From NCBI GenBank assembly GCA_021613535.1, contig CP075492.1:14818001-14882000 (forward strand): a stretch of 64,000 nucleotides of DNA, given 5' to 3'. This DNA comes from Adineta vaga (taxonomy: Eukaryota > Animalia > Rotifera). Below the pieces are notes generated by a model that did not search any database, was not told the origin of the DNA, and worked only from the letters and a program-made list of their open reading frames with translations. Of the stretch, positions 50,766-61,810 are shown in pieces. How positions within the stretch are numbered: the stretch's first letter is position 1; every line of letters starts with the position of its first letter. A program made the translations under genes and the position numbers.

Positions 50766-52310
50766 ATGACAATGGAATCTGATACTAAAATCACCGATAA
50801 TGAAAATATTATTAAAGTAGAAGATGATTCTCCATTGAAAGGAATTCGTTGTGGTGCAGTTGTACGACCTGAACCATTATTTCATCGTCGAACTCGAATA
50901 ATTATCGATACACATTTGAATAATGAACATAATTTATTACGAAATGGTTTAGAAGAAATTGAATTCGAACATATAAAATTAATTTCATTGGATAAATTAT
51001 TTAATAATAAAAATGAAATCTTTCTTGGATTTGGTTTACCCAATGTTTATTTAACAATTCCCAATGAACAATTCGATGGTTATGTGAAATTTGCTGCTTT
51101 TATGTTTTGGCGTCAGTTAAGTGCAGTAATCAATACCAAAGGTCGTGTTCAATCAGGTTTTCTTCTTCGATTTCGTGACCTACCTGAACATGTGTTACAA
51201 ATCATTCGTCAAGCAATGAAAGATCATTCAAATCAACGACATGTTTCATGTGCATATGCAAATGCATGCGTTTTAAATTCATCTGGATTGACAAGTGGTG
51301 ATACGGATCTTCGAAATCATTTTGGTGCACGTGCTTTATTTCAACAGATTTATGAAAAAGGTTTAGAATTAAATGGTCATTCATTAAAATTTGATATTAT
51401 TCGAACAACTCCATTAACATTAGAACAACATTTTCATGAAGTTCGTAAGAAAGAATTAACAAGTATTGGTCGAACGTTTAAAAAAGTTTATAATGAATGT
51501 ACACATTCAAGTGATAAAAGTCGTGCACCATTGATTCAAGTTAATGATATACCAACGAATCCAATCATTACATCAACTAAAGATTATTTAACACGATTAG
51601 AAATCTCACATCCACGACGATTTGGTGCAGTTATCAGAAAATTGTGGGGTTCACATACTTTATTTAAAGTAATTCCAAATCGAGAAAAGATTGATATTAA
51701 TAATTATTTACCAGATAATCTTCGTGCTTTTCCATTAAAAAATCCCGATTTATTTACACGCGTTAAACAGTACATTCTTTTTTCGCGACCAGTTGTTTTA
51801 ACTATTCGAAAACAATTGGCATCACTTTGGGATGATCATGGAGAATTTTCTTCGTCATCATTAGCATCAATGATGAGTATTAATACAAAAACTGACGCAC
51901 ATGTTTATAATATTGTCATTACTGGACATCATGTGATTGGTATGCATAATAATCCGTTTTTAAACTCAAAATTAGTCGATTGGGTTCTATCGAAACATGT
52001 TCTCATTTCTGGTTATGATGATGATGTACGTTTTGCTGGAGAAGCTTGGATGGAACATCGAGCAGATGGTGTAATCTTTCATTTAACGAATAATTCGGGT
52101 ACTTATAAACCCAATAATGAACAATTAGCTAAAACAGCACAGTTTTTATCCGATGCTGTTCCGGGATTGAATGTAGAAGTTCATTCAAATGATACTCCTT
52201 CGCCATTAGCTCAATCGAAGGAAAAAAAAGAAGGAAAGTTATTGACATGGAAAAATCTTCTGATTATTATCGTTGCATTTGCTATTTGGTTATGTTTTAT
52301 GATATTTTAA
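50766..52310 (+). CDS. Uncharacterised intronless protein with H..AGE..NNSGTYKP motif and C-terminal TM anchor
   Basis: 514-aa ORF containing SKHVLISG...VRFAGEAW...TNNSGTYKP and ending in hydrophobic LLIIIVAFAIWLCFMIF. Confidence 0.8.
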   Translation: MTMESDTKITDNENIIKVEDDSPLKGIRCGAVVRPEPLFHRRTRIIIDTHLNNEHNLLRNGLEEIEFEHIKLISLDKLFNNKNEIFLGFGLPNVYLTIPNEQFDGYVKFAAFMFWRQLSAVINTKGRVQSGFLLRFRDLPEHVLQIIRQAMKDHSNQRHVSCAYANACVLNSSGLTSGDTDLRNHFGARALFQQIYEKGLELNGHSLKFDIIRTTPLTLEQHFHEVRKKELTSIGRTFKKVYNECTHSSDKSRAPLIQVNDIPTNPIITSTKDYLTRLEISHPRRFGAVIRKLWGSHTLFKVIPNREKIDINNYLPDNLRAFPLKNPDLFTRVKQYILFSRPVVLTIRKQLASLWDDHGEFSSSSLASMMSINTKTDAHVYNIVITGHHVIGMHNNPFLNSKLVDWVLSKHVLISGYDDDVRFAGEAWMEHRADGVIFHLTNNSGTYKPNNEQLAKTAQFLSDAVPGLNVEVHSNDTPSPLAQSKEKKEGKLLTWKNLLIIIVAFAIWLCFMIF

Positions 52311-52671
52311 TTTGACAACAAAAAAAATGACAATGAAACACACTGTTTTGTAGTTTGTAATAATAATTTTTGTCCATCACCTTTAATAAATAGCGAACTT
52401 TTTTAGTTAAGTCAGGCTAAAAAAAGGACTCTTTTTAGAAGAAAAAAACGAGTATACATATTTATAGAATAATTAAATGAAGATATACGTGCCGATGACT
52501 TTGATTATTTGATGAAGACAAACATCAATTAGTAACTTGACGGGTGAACAAAAGAAAAAAAACATTAACAAAAGTGCAAAAGTAATCAATAAAACTCGTC
52601 TTTTTTTTGCCTATATGAAACTAACTATTCACACAACACGAATGATGACAGCAGTAAATCTTCATATATTG

Positions 52672-53822
52672 TCAATTCAGTCCGCGACAACGATGGAATA
52701 GCTGCATAAGTTCACGGCGAAATAATTGACTAGACCAGGTAAAAATATAAAAACTTGTACATGCACCCGTCAGAGATATAACACTTGCTGCGATCGTGAA
52801 AAAATTATCTTTGGCAGTTTGAAGTGTGTCGGCGACGTTATTGTACTTGGTGGAAGTGTATATCCAAGAGATTGAAACAGGAGTTGACATGATAGTTAAA
52901 TAAAAACATTGACGAAGCATCATTCTAATCAATTGTTGATCAGTAGACTTCAGACGTTTCGATTGTGGCTCGATGGGTGATGGATTAAGTTGAGTTTCAA
53001 TCAAACTTTGCTGATGCGCAATTCGTCTCCTTGATTGACGAACATGTCGAATGGTAAGTGATCCAAAAGTTAACATAATGAATGATGGACCCCAGCTGAA
53101 TATTATCAAATTCCAAATGCCATAAAACGTTGGATAGCTGCCTTGATTTGCAGGACATCTAACACGTCCTGATATGATATTTTTGAATTCGATGGGTACA
53201 TAAATATAACCGAGAACGATAAATGGAATGATCAAAACACATATACGAGTGGCAATACGAGTATTACTCCATGCGCGTAGAGTGACTGATCGTGAACTGC
53301 ACAAATATCTTTAATAAAGCGAAATATTTCGTGAATATATATTTATTTAAAATGTACTGCTACGTTTTGTATGTTCAACAAAAATATTTCTAGTTCGGTT
53401 ACTACTTACCGATCAACAGAAGCAAGAGCGATATACCATGGTACTTGAGCTCTACGAGAAAAAAAAGAATATAGAATGAATACATCTTCTAAAAACTCTA
53501 CTAAATACTTTGTCCAGAAGAGAATAAGTGTAAGGATTTTGCATGACAGAAGTGAATAGGAAAAGATATCGATATTATAAACACTTTGAAACAAACGTAA
53601 AAGAGTGTTTACATAAGTAACAATAAAGCCAACTATGGTAGATGCCAGAAGATAACGTGTACAAGAACATGAAAATAATGCAGGACGTGTAAACACGTAC
53701 ATATTCAATGAATGACCGATAGTTCCAAGAAAAATCAACGAAAATGACCAACACTGATTGAAAATAACATTCGCATAGTTGATAGAATTAATATCAGCAA
53801 TACTGATGTTTGTTGACGACAT
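52672..53822 (-). CDS. Rhodopsin-like GPCR (3 exons), paralog of the 46812 GPCR
   Basis: GTIGHSLNMYVF, CKIL, LASVDR|YLCSS and SFYIFTWSSQLFRREL. Exon structure matches the 46812 gene. Confidence 0.85.
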
Positions 53823-54150
53823 TTCTTGTTTAATAGTGGATTTCTTTTTTTCTGTGAATTTTTATATAAAATTTTTAATTACATGTTTTGCATTAATTTA
53901 TGCTTTTTTTCCTCATATCACGTTCGGAAAGAAAACAGATTCCATTAAATTTAGTTGTTCTTTATTATTTTCCTTATTTTTTCTTCCTTCTCTATAGTCT
54001 TTCAACTGTAAACTTGTAACGACATCACTCGATGTGCAATAAATAGAAATATGATAAGTAGATCTCATTTTTTCATTAGAGAAATTCACTGCTAGAGTTT
54101 TCGACTAACGAAAAATGTAAGCAAGAAAAATCAGAATATTGTCTTATGCT

Positions 54151-54339
54151 GTAACCCTATGCAATTACAACATGACTCAATGTTGCATCATCCTCATTTG
54201 CCTCTCTTCGTTTTTTCTGTCATATACTTATTATAGAAAAATACGAAAAAAACAATAATTTCGCTACTGCAGGGAATTGAACCCTGGTCTTCGGTTAGAC
54301 AAACCGTTATACTACCACTGTACTACAGTAGCTTGTTTA
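54151..54339. repeat. ~190-bp direct repeat, copy 1 (copy 2 at 56458-56646)
   Basis: Near-identical GTAACCCTATGCAATTACAAC...CAGTAGCTTGTTTA, offset by 2307 bp. Confidence 0.92.
54262..54332 (-). tRNA. tRNA-Asp(GTC)-like gene, atypical (copy 1)
   Basis: GCTACTG TA GTAC AGTGGTA GTAT A ACGGT TTGTCTA ACCGA AGAC CAGGG TTCAATT CCCTG CAGTAGC G folds as a cloverleaf with A and B boxes. A T-run terminator follows. Confidence 0.72.
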
Positions 54340-55172
54340 CCATCACTTGCAATCATTGAAATCAATAATGAGCAAATATAACAGCTCTTTTCTTGGAAAA
54401 ATTCGACAGTATACATATAATCAAAGTAGTAAGTGTTTTTTTTCTTGGTTATGTTTTTCAAATCATCATCAACGATCATATCATAAAAGATAAAATGGAT
54501 TGAGAACATATTCATACATTGTATCACACAATATATAATGAATTCTTTATCTCTACCTTCAGCGATAACCTCAGTATAATATACTATTATCGAACATATA
54601 GATAAATTAAACAAAGAAGTCATTCACTACAGCAATAAAAGCAAGCAAAAATATGAATGAAACAGTTTCATGTGTTGAAATGGGTGCATTTTATTTTTGT
54701 TTTTCTTCTTATTCGAATTACTAAAAACATTAATAATGATACGCGTTTTAACATATTGGTTTTTTTTCTCGTTTCGTAGTTGTATGTTTTATTATACGAC
54801 ATAGTTTTATATTTCTGCTGGCGATGTAATTACGTAAAATGTCATTTTCGCACCTCTTCATTTCATCTCTCTTTATTCTTCCTATCATTTTTGAAATCTA
54901 TTAAAATAAGCAATTTATATGTGGTCACACAATATTTAACCATAAGAAAAATAATATATATTCTAACCATAATGTTGCTCTATGTTCCAGTTAAATAACA
55001 GAGCATGACTTTACGTGGTTTCTCTCTCTCTCTCTTATATATACAGATGCGCAATCACATATATTATTAATTTTAAATTGCACAAGCATTCATCAACGAT
55101 TATACATCGAAACAACAATCCTATAACAGAATATATCTTATTCACTTATTCATAGACGTATTATAAACGAAA

Positions 55173-55961
55173 ATGTCTCGAGCAGCTGTCAATAAACCTG
55201 AAAGATTGAGAAAATCTCAAGTTAATAGTCGTGAAGCAGCCAGACGACCTCAATATGGTGCTATGCAAGGTGGCATGGGTGCTGGATATAGAGCTCCTGC
55301 AGTAGGTATGGCACCGGGTTATAGAGCTCCTGCAGTAGGTATGGCACCTGGCTATAGAGCTCCTGCAGTAGGTATGGCACCCGGATATGGAGCTTCCGCA
55401 CCGGCTATGAGACCTGGATATCGAGCTCCTGGAGCAGGTTTAGGACTTGGATACGGATCTTCTGGAGGACTTGGCTATCAACCTACAATGAACATTTATG
55501 TTCCATTGTCACGAGAATTCGAAACGGCTTATCAACAATTTATGAGTGGTGGCATGGGAGGCTCACCGATGGGCGGAATATCCATGGGTGGAATGCCTAT
55601 GGGTGGGATGTCGATGGGAGGCATGCCTATGGGTGGTTCACCTATGAGTGGAATGTCGATGGGAAGACTGCCTATGGGAGGAATGCCTATGGGTGGTTCA
55701 CCTATGAGTGGAATGTCGATGGGTAGACTGCCTATGGGAGGAATGCCTATGGGTGGAATGCCTATGGGTGGAATGTCTATGGGTGGAATGCCTATGGGTG
55801 GAATGTCTATGGGTGGAATGCCTATGGGTGGAATGCCTATGGGTGGAATGCCTATGGGAGGTTCATCTATGGGTGGAATGCCTATGGGTAGCTCACCTAT
55901 GGGTGGCTATGGAGGAGGTATACAAGGTGTTCCAATTGGATTTGGCGTTACATCAAGTTAG
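55173..55961 (+). CDS. Gly/Met/Pro-rich low-complexity repeat protein
   Basis: Three copies of GYRAPAVGMAP and ~22 pentapeptides of GG(M/S)(P/S)M type (15-bp DNA repeat). The 3' end may be spliced. Confidence 0.8.
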   Translation: MSRAAVNKPERLRKSQVNSREAARRPQYGAMQGGMGAGYRAPAVGMAPGYRAPAVGMAPGYRAPAVGMAPGYGASAPAMRPGYRAPGAGLGLGYGSSGGLGYQPTMNIYVPLSREFETAYQQFMSGGMGGSPMGGISMGGMPMGGMSMGGMPMGGSPMSGMSMGRLPMGGMPMGGSPMSGMSMGRLPMGGMPMGGMPMGGMSMGGMPMGGMSMGGMPMGGMPMGGMPMGGSSMGGMPMGSSPMGGYGGGIQGVPIGFGVTSS

Positions 55962-56457
55962 ACACATTATAAGCAACTGCATAAACCAAAAATGATAATC
56001 GCTTAATATGATCGTCATTTCTTTTTAAAACAGGCGAAGACATTAATATGCACAGTCTGTGTACTTTTCTTTATTTAGTAATATTATTATAATAAAATAA
56101 GAGTGAGGATGTGGGTATTTATTGTTTCTAACACACACATCCTCAAAATGGTGTATATCACTTTTATACTCATTTCTAATAGAAGAACATCTCATTGGAA
56201 TTTGATATTAATGATTTCTATCCTTCTAAATCGTTTTATGATTCAAGTCCAACACTCTTGAATTTTAATCATCTTTTCCCTTCCCTTCTTACGTTAAATT
56301 TCTTTTACTCAAAATATTTGACCAAATACAATAAAAGTTGGTCGAATCTTATTGCAAGTTCATAATAAATCGATACTCTTCGACATCTTACTAGCTAAGT
56401 TGAATCTTAATTTCATAGTTATTAGAAAAGTGATGGCAAAGTATTTTTTTTCTTTTC

Positions 56458-56646
56458 GTAACCCTATGCAATTACAACATGACTCAATGTTGCATCATCC
56501 TCATTTGCCTCTCTTCGTTTTTTCTGTCATATACTTATTATAGAAAAATACGAAAAAAACAGAAAATTCGCTACTGCAGGGAATTGAACCCTGGTCTTCG
56601 GTTAGACAAACCGTTATACTACCATTGTACTACAGTAGCTTGTTTA
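56458..56646. repeat. ~190-bp direct repeat, copy 2
   Basis: Matches 54151-54339. Confidence 0.92.
56569..56639 (-). tRNA. tRNA-Asp(GTC)-like gene, atypical (copy 2)
   Basis: Identical to copy 1 except one D-loop change (AATGG vs AGTGG). Confidence 0.72.
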
Positions 56647-56893
56647 TTTCATTTGCAAACCATCATCAATGATTAAATTATTCCGCTGTTAACTGTGATT
56701 TATAAGATTCTCTATGTGTAGCGAAGAGGAGGAACACAAGGTAGAGTACAAATGGCGTCGTTGTCTATAAATGACTCATACATCAAGTCACAAAGCACAC
56801 GATAAATTCTTTGTTTTCACATGTATATAATGACGAAAGAACATGTTGTGCAATAGTCATATATCATTTCAATACATCAAAATAACTTTAACA

Positions 56894-58366
56894 ATGAACT
56901 CATCATTATTATTGACAGATAAACAAGTACAAGAATTTCTAATTAATGGCTATTTGATTCTAGAACCAAACTCTCTTGATAGAGATTTTCATTCCACAAT
57001 ATTCGAACAAGCTTCATCAATTTTTGCAAAGGAAGGTAATCCAGGTAATAATATTCTTCCACGAATTCCTCAACTTCAATATGTCTTCGACGATCCAACA
57101 ATTCATGGTGCATTGATCAGTTTATTAGGTTCAAACTATACTATGCAACCGCATCGACATGCTCATTTGACTAAACCTGGAAGTGCTGATCAACATTGGC
57201 ACAAAGATAGTTATTTTGGTTATCGAAAACCACTTCGTCACCATCAATTACGTTATGTGATGGCGATGTATTATGCTCAAGATACAACAATGGAAATGGG
57301 TCCGACTGCTATCAAACCTCAAACACAATATATTGTAAAAGATCGAGAAACATCACAACAAGATGATAATATGTCTGAAAATAACGAACAGAATGATATT
57401 TATACGATTTGTAAAGCTGGAACAGTGGTATTAATTCATTACGATATTGTACATAGGGGAACAGCCAATCAAACAATCAAATGCAATCGTTTTATGTTTA
57501 AATTTCAATTTAATCGATTAGAAGAACCATCGAAACCAACATGGAATCATGATCCTTTGAATGCTGTCTATGATGCAATTGATGCTGGTTTATTACAACC
57601 GATTGTCAAACATGTTTGGAATTGGTTATTAGGTGAAGCAATAGTGCCATCATTACCTCCTGCTACAAATGAACATATTCTCGAATGGGAAACGCAATTA
57701 CATCATCAAGATGGAAAAATTCGTCTTAATGCAGCATATAATCTTGCTCTGAATAATCAATATCATATTCTGATTCAACGATTGTATAAACGCAAAGCAA
57801 TCTTTTGTTTCGAAGCAGCTAATGCATTAACAGCTTGTCGATATAATCAAGATGCTCTAAAAGAATTGCAGAATGTTTTAAAGAAAGAAGAACGAAATGA
57901 ACGTGTAGCATATTGCATAGTATTCATCTTCTCTGAGATGGGATCTTGGGCTTTAGAAGCGTTACCTTTAATAATACATGTGATGAAAACAAATGATTCA
58001 TGGTCAGTTAAACAATATTGCTGTGAAGCATTAGGAAATATTCAATCCAATGAACAATTTGATGATATCTCGATAATAAAATGTTTAACTAATGCTCTTA
58101 GTGATCGAAATGAAGAATCGGATACAAAAGATGCATCTCATGTAAGACTAACTGCTGCATTATCCTTAGCTAAACTTGGTGCGAAGGCAATTGAAGCAAT
58201 TCCTAGTTTGAAAGATGCACTTTATTTTGATTCAAATCGTTATGTAAATGGTAATGCCTTATTAGCATTGGAACGAATCGGTACAAGTGAAGCATTGAAT
58301 ATTGTATTGAACTATCTTAAAACATCACGATGGTGTACCAAAACAACTGCAACTAGTTTGTTTTGA
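56894..58366 (+). CDS. Phytanoyl-CoA dioxygenase (PhyH, 2OG-Fe(II)) domain + HEAT repeats, intronless, bacteria-like
   Basis: QVQEFLINGY, WHKD (HxD), MGPT and AGTVVLIHYDIVHRG..N, followed by PBS-lyase-type HEAT repeats (VRLTAALSLAKLG..AIPSLKDAL). The ORF extends upstream to 56843. Confidence 0.88.
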   Translation: MNSSLLLTDKQVQEFLINGYLILEPNSLDRDFHSTIFEQASSIFAKEGNPGNNILPRIPQLQYVFDDPTIHGALISLLGSNYTMQPHRHAHLTKPGSADQHWHKDSYFGYRKPLRHHQLRYVMAMYYAQDTTMEMGPTAIKPQTQYIVKDRETSQQDDNMSENNEQNDIYTICKAGTVVLIHYDIVHRGTANQTIKCNRFMFKFQFNRLEEPSKPTWNHDPLNAVYDAIDAGLLQPIVKHVWNWLLGEAIVPSLPPATNEHILEWETQLHHQDGKIRLNAAYNLALNNQYHILIQRLYKRKAIFCFEAANALTACRYNQDALKELQNVLKKEERNERVAYCIVFIFSEMGSWALEALPLIIHVMKTNDSWSVKQYCCEALGNIQSNEQFDDISIIKCLTNALSDRNEESDTKDASHVRLTAALSLAKLGAKAIEAIPSLKDALYFDSNRYVNGNALLALERIGTSEALNIVLNYLKTSRWCTKTTATSLF

Positions 58367-59966
58367 AGAACGATTTCTATTACAGAAAAATCAATGTTCA
58401 CGTATAATCGATAAAACATCAAAAACAAATATTTTGATAGCTTTAGGGTATCATAGTACTTTTTATCGTTAAATGGGAAAGTTTCCATAAAAAATATCTT
58501 CCTTGATTAGTAGTGTTGTCCTTGTACAATAGCAGAACAACCTATCGGAAATATTCCACATGTATATCTGTGTACATGTATATATATAAACATCCGTGAA
58601 AGTTAAAGTAATCATTCTTGTATTATATATCGAAAGCATCAGAATGAAACAGTTACCAATAAAATAAACTGTTACTGCCGATAAATCAACAGATAATCTT
58701 AAGGCAATTAACGATGTTTTAATGAATAATGTACCACATTATACACGTTTCTTTACAGTAAATGAACTCTAGGTTATGCTAGTACACTAGCTAATTGATA
58801 TTCTTTTTCAGCTTACAGAATTATAATCTCAGAGTGCACATGGTTTTTATTACCATGCGTTGAACCTGATAGAACTGTCTCATTTACTATCGACTTATCG
58901 GATAAGAACAAGTGGAATGGAGTTTTTAAATCGTATATAAAAATTATAGTTGAGACAATCCATCGAACGGAACTCAAGCATTAATAAAAGCTGTTCAGTT
59001 CGCATCAGATATTTTTAGACCGACAAGTCTCCGCACAATTTACGACTACGATGAGAAAAATGCACTCATTGATCCTACAAGTATAATGACAGGTGGTGGT
59101 GCTGTTATTGATTATTTTGAAGATATTGACTTGAACAATAGTATCATTTTAATGGAAGAAGTATCGTAATTTCAATCATTCAGCATGTAACACTGCATGA
59201 TGTTCTTTGGCTAGACTGAAGTAAAGATGATACAAGTAATGTTATACTTGCAAAACTATTAAAACGTATTTTAGATAAAATGATACATAATTCATCCGAC
59301 TATCGTGCATCTAGTTCACTATTTCATGTATCTCGAACACATATACCTACTCGTCGTACGGCGTTGATGAAGAAAACGTTCATCAATGTATCAGCTAGAT
59401 TTGCTACTCGTGCATACAGATATCATATACGTTTCTATGTCTGCAAAAATGCTTCTAACACGTATGCTCGATCGTGCAATTCTATTATAACTTAGCCGAT
59501 CCACTCATGAATATTCGTACAGTCGTACAAGCGCAACTTGGAGCACCCTTAGCTGTTTTATCTTTTTATTTCACGTTTTATCACCACTATATCATTACAA
59601 TAAATAAGAGTTCTTCATTTTTAATATTTTAATTCATCAAAGATTATGCTAATGACAAAGACAAAAAACTATAATTAACACAGCGATCAAGTTCTAGTGG
59701 TATTACTTTATCAGAAAATTAAAGAATAAATTAATGTCTTTTGCGAACTGAAGAGCATCTTTTATTCGGCTTTTTCAAGAGGAAGATAGATAAAGAAATC
59801 TTTCATCTATAATAATCTTCCAAGTTATCACGTAAAGTATTCGTGACACTTTAATTATGAAGAAAATCAGATCATATGAGATAATGAAATGCTAATCTTT
59901 GAAATAACTGTCATACACTACATTTATTAAATGAAAAGAAAGTAATTTTCATTATGAAATTAATGT

Positions 59967-60991
59967 TTATGCTTCTGGTGTAATTTCATTGTGAGTTATA
60001 TTTGGTTTCTGACATTGATTAAATTGAAATTTTGGTAAGACAAATATAAATTGTTTCCGAAAACGTTCTGATGCACAAATATAAATATAGAATGGGCTCT
60101 AAAAAATACAGATGAATTCGTTTTCAATCGAATTATTATTTCTAAACTTACAGAGAAATAAATATTATAAATAATTTGAAATAAATTTAAAACCAATTGA
60201 AATTGTACTTGAATGGTTGGATCATTTATAATGCTTTGATTTGTTGCAATAGTATTTAAAGTTGTATATGGTAGAAGAGTAAACACATTAACAATAACTT
60301 GAATTAAAACCATTGTTGTTAATTGTTTATCTAATTCACGTCGAACTAAGGGGATAGTTCGATAGGCTATTTGTTGAATATTACGATAAGCTATGTAACC
60401 AAATAAAGCTGCAATGATAATTGGAAGATAGCCAATTAGAAAGATAATAAAAAAATAATTGCGGTAATTCGTAAATATTGCATTAACACTTCCACAAGTA
60501 ACTGTATTTGTTGTTATGGAGTAAATCAGTTCATAAAAAATGATATATGATATGCCATGTAACATCCAGAAGAGAAGAGTTATGATTACGAGCCGATATG
60601 CTAGTTTAATATTGCTTAGTTGTTGCCAACGAAGATGAGAACATGTCGCAAAAAATTGATCGATAGTAGCCAAACAAAAACATGTCAATGATGTTCCAAT
60701 ACATATATGAGACAAAAAGACTCGAAACTTGCAATAGAATAGTGATACCGTTGTTCCATCCACGCCGATTAAAGCATTAATAATACGGGAAGAAAAAAAA
60801 CCAAAGGATAATTGACCAAGATTAAATGCCGACATGATGATTAGATAAAATGCACAAGAATTTTGTCGAAAAGTTTTCAAAGATAAAAAGACGAAGAGAT
60901 TCAAAGTATTTCCAACAATACCAATGATACAAACAGGTATACCTAGATAGATTGTTAATTGTTTCCCAATGGCTATTACAGATGCACTCAT
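59967..60991 (-). CDS. Rhodopsin-like GPCR (2 exons)
   Basis: GIVGNTLNLFVFLSLKTFRQNSC, CKFR, LATIDQF and RRELDKQLTTMVL. An intron after NIYFS restores SPFYIYICASERFRKQ. Confidence 0.9.
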
Positions 60992-61040
60992 TTTGAAACA
61001 ACAGAAGACTGAAGGTAATTCTCTTGGATTTATACGAGAT

Positions 61041-61046
<6 letters not shown>

Positions 61047-61071
<25 letters not shown>
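61047..61071 (+). repeat. (AG)n microsatellite
   Basis: About 12 AG units upstream of the GPCR. Confidence 0.85.
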
Positions 61072-61810
61072 AAAGATTATGTCAATTCACTTGACAAGAT
61101 TCAATATATGTAATTAAGTAGTTACGTCACGTGAAGTTAAAGAAAAAAATCTTCATGATTTTTTTTAGATTAGAACAGATCTCTTAATCATTAGTTGTAT
61201 TCTCTTTGTACATTTAAATCAATTCGCGGTACTTTAACCGAGAAAAGTTCTCATGTTTTACTGAAGACATTGATAATACCACAAAAGATTTCAATCTTAT
61301 GCTCAGCGTCAATCAAGAAAATATCCATACTATTCTATTGTTTGAAATATGTATCGTCCTATAAATAATTGTTCTCAATACATGTTACTGGTTTAAAGTA
61401 AATGTGTTTTCTTGCTCTTTTTTCCATTGAAAAAAGAAATAAAAAACGTGAATAGACTGTTATTTTCTTATGATTGAATTATTGGCAAAAGGCGACTTGT
61501 CTGATTAAACTATTGAAACTTTATACTTCAAATTTCTTTGTGAAATTCCAATCGATATAGTAGCAGGAAGAAAAAATAACTTGTAGCGATGCTATGTTTT
61601 GAGATGGCAGAGAAAGGAAAGAAAAAAACCCACTATTGACAATATTCTTTGAAAATCGTTATCACACCATTGAAACACATTGTGCAAGAGGGTAAAAATG
61701 TCGATGTTGTGCACTATTAAAATCTTCCTTTTTCTCTTTTTCTCATTCTTTTACAAATAAAGTATACCGAACAACAAACTTCTACATTATACTCACGATA
61801 AGACAATCGA

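Noticed and set aside
55708-55995. ORF with (WVECL)n repeats
   Set aside because: It is an alternate-frame reading of the 15-bp GGMPM repeat.
58800-59500. Coding-like fragments after the PhyH gene
   Set aside because: Multiple stops and frameshifts, and no recognisable motif.
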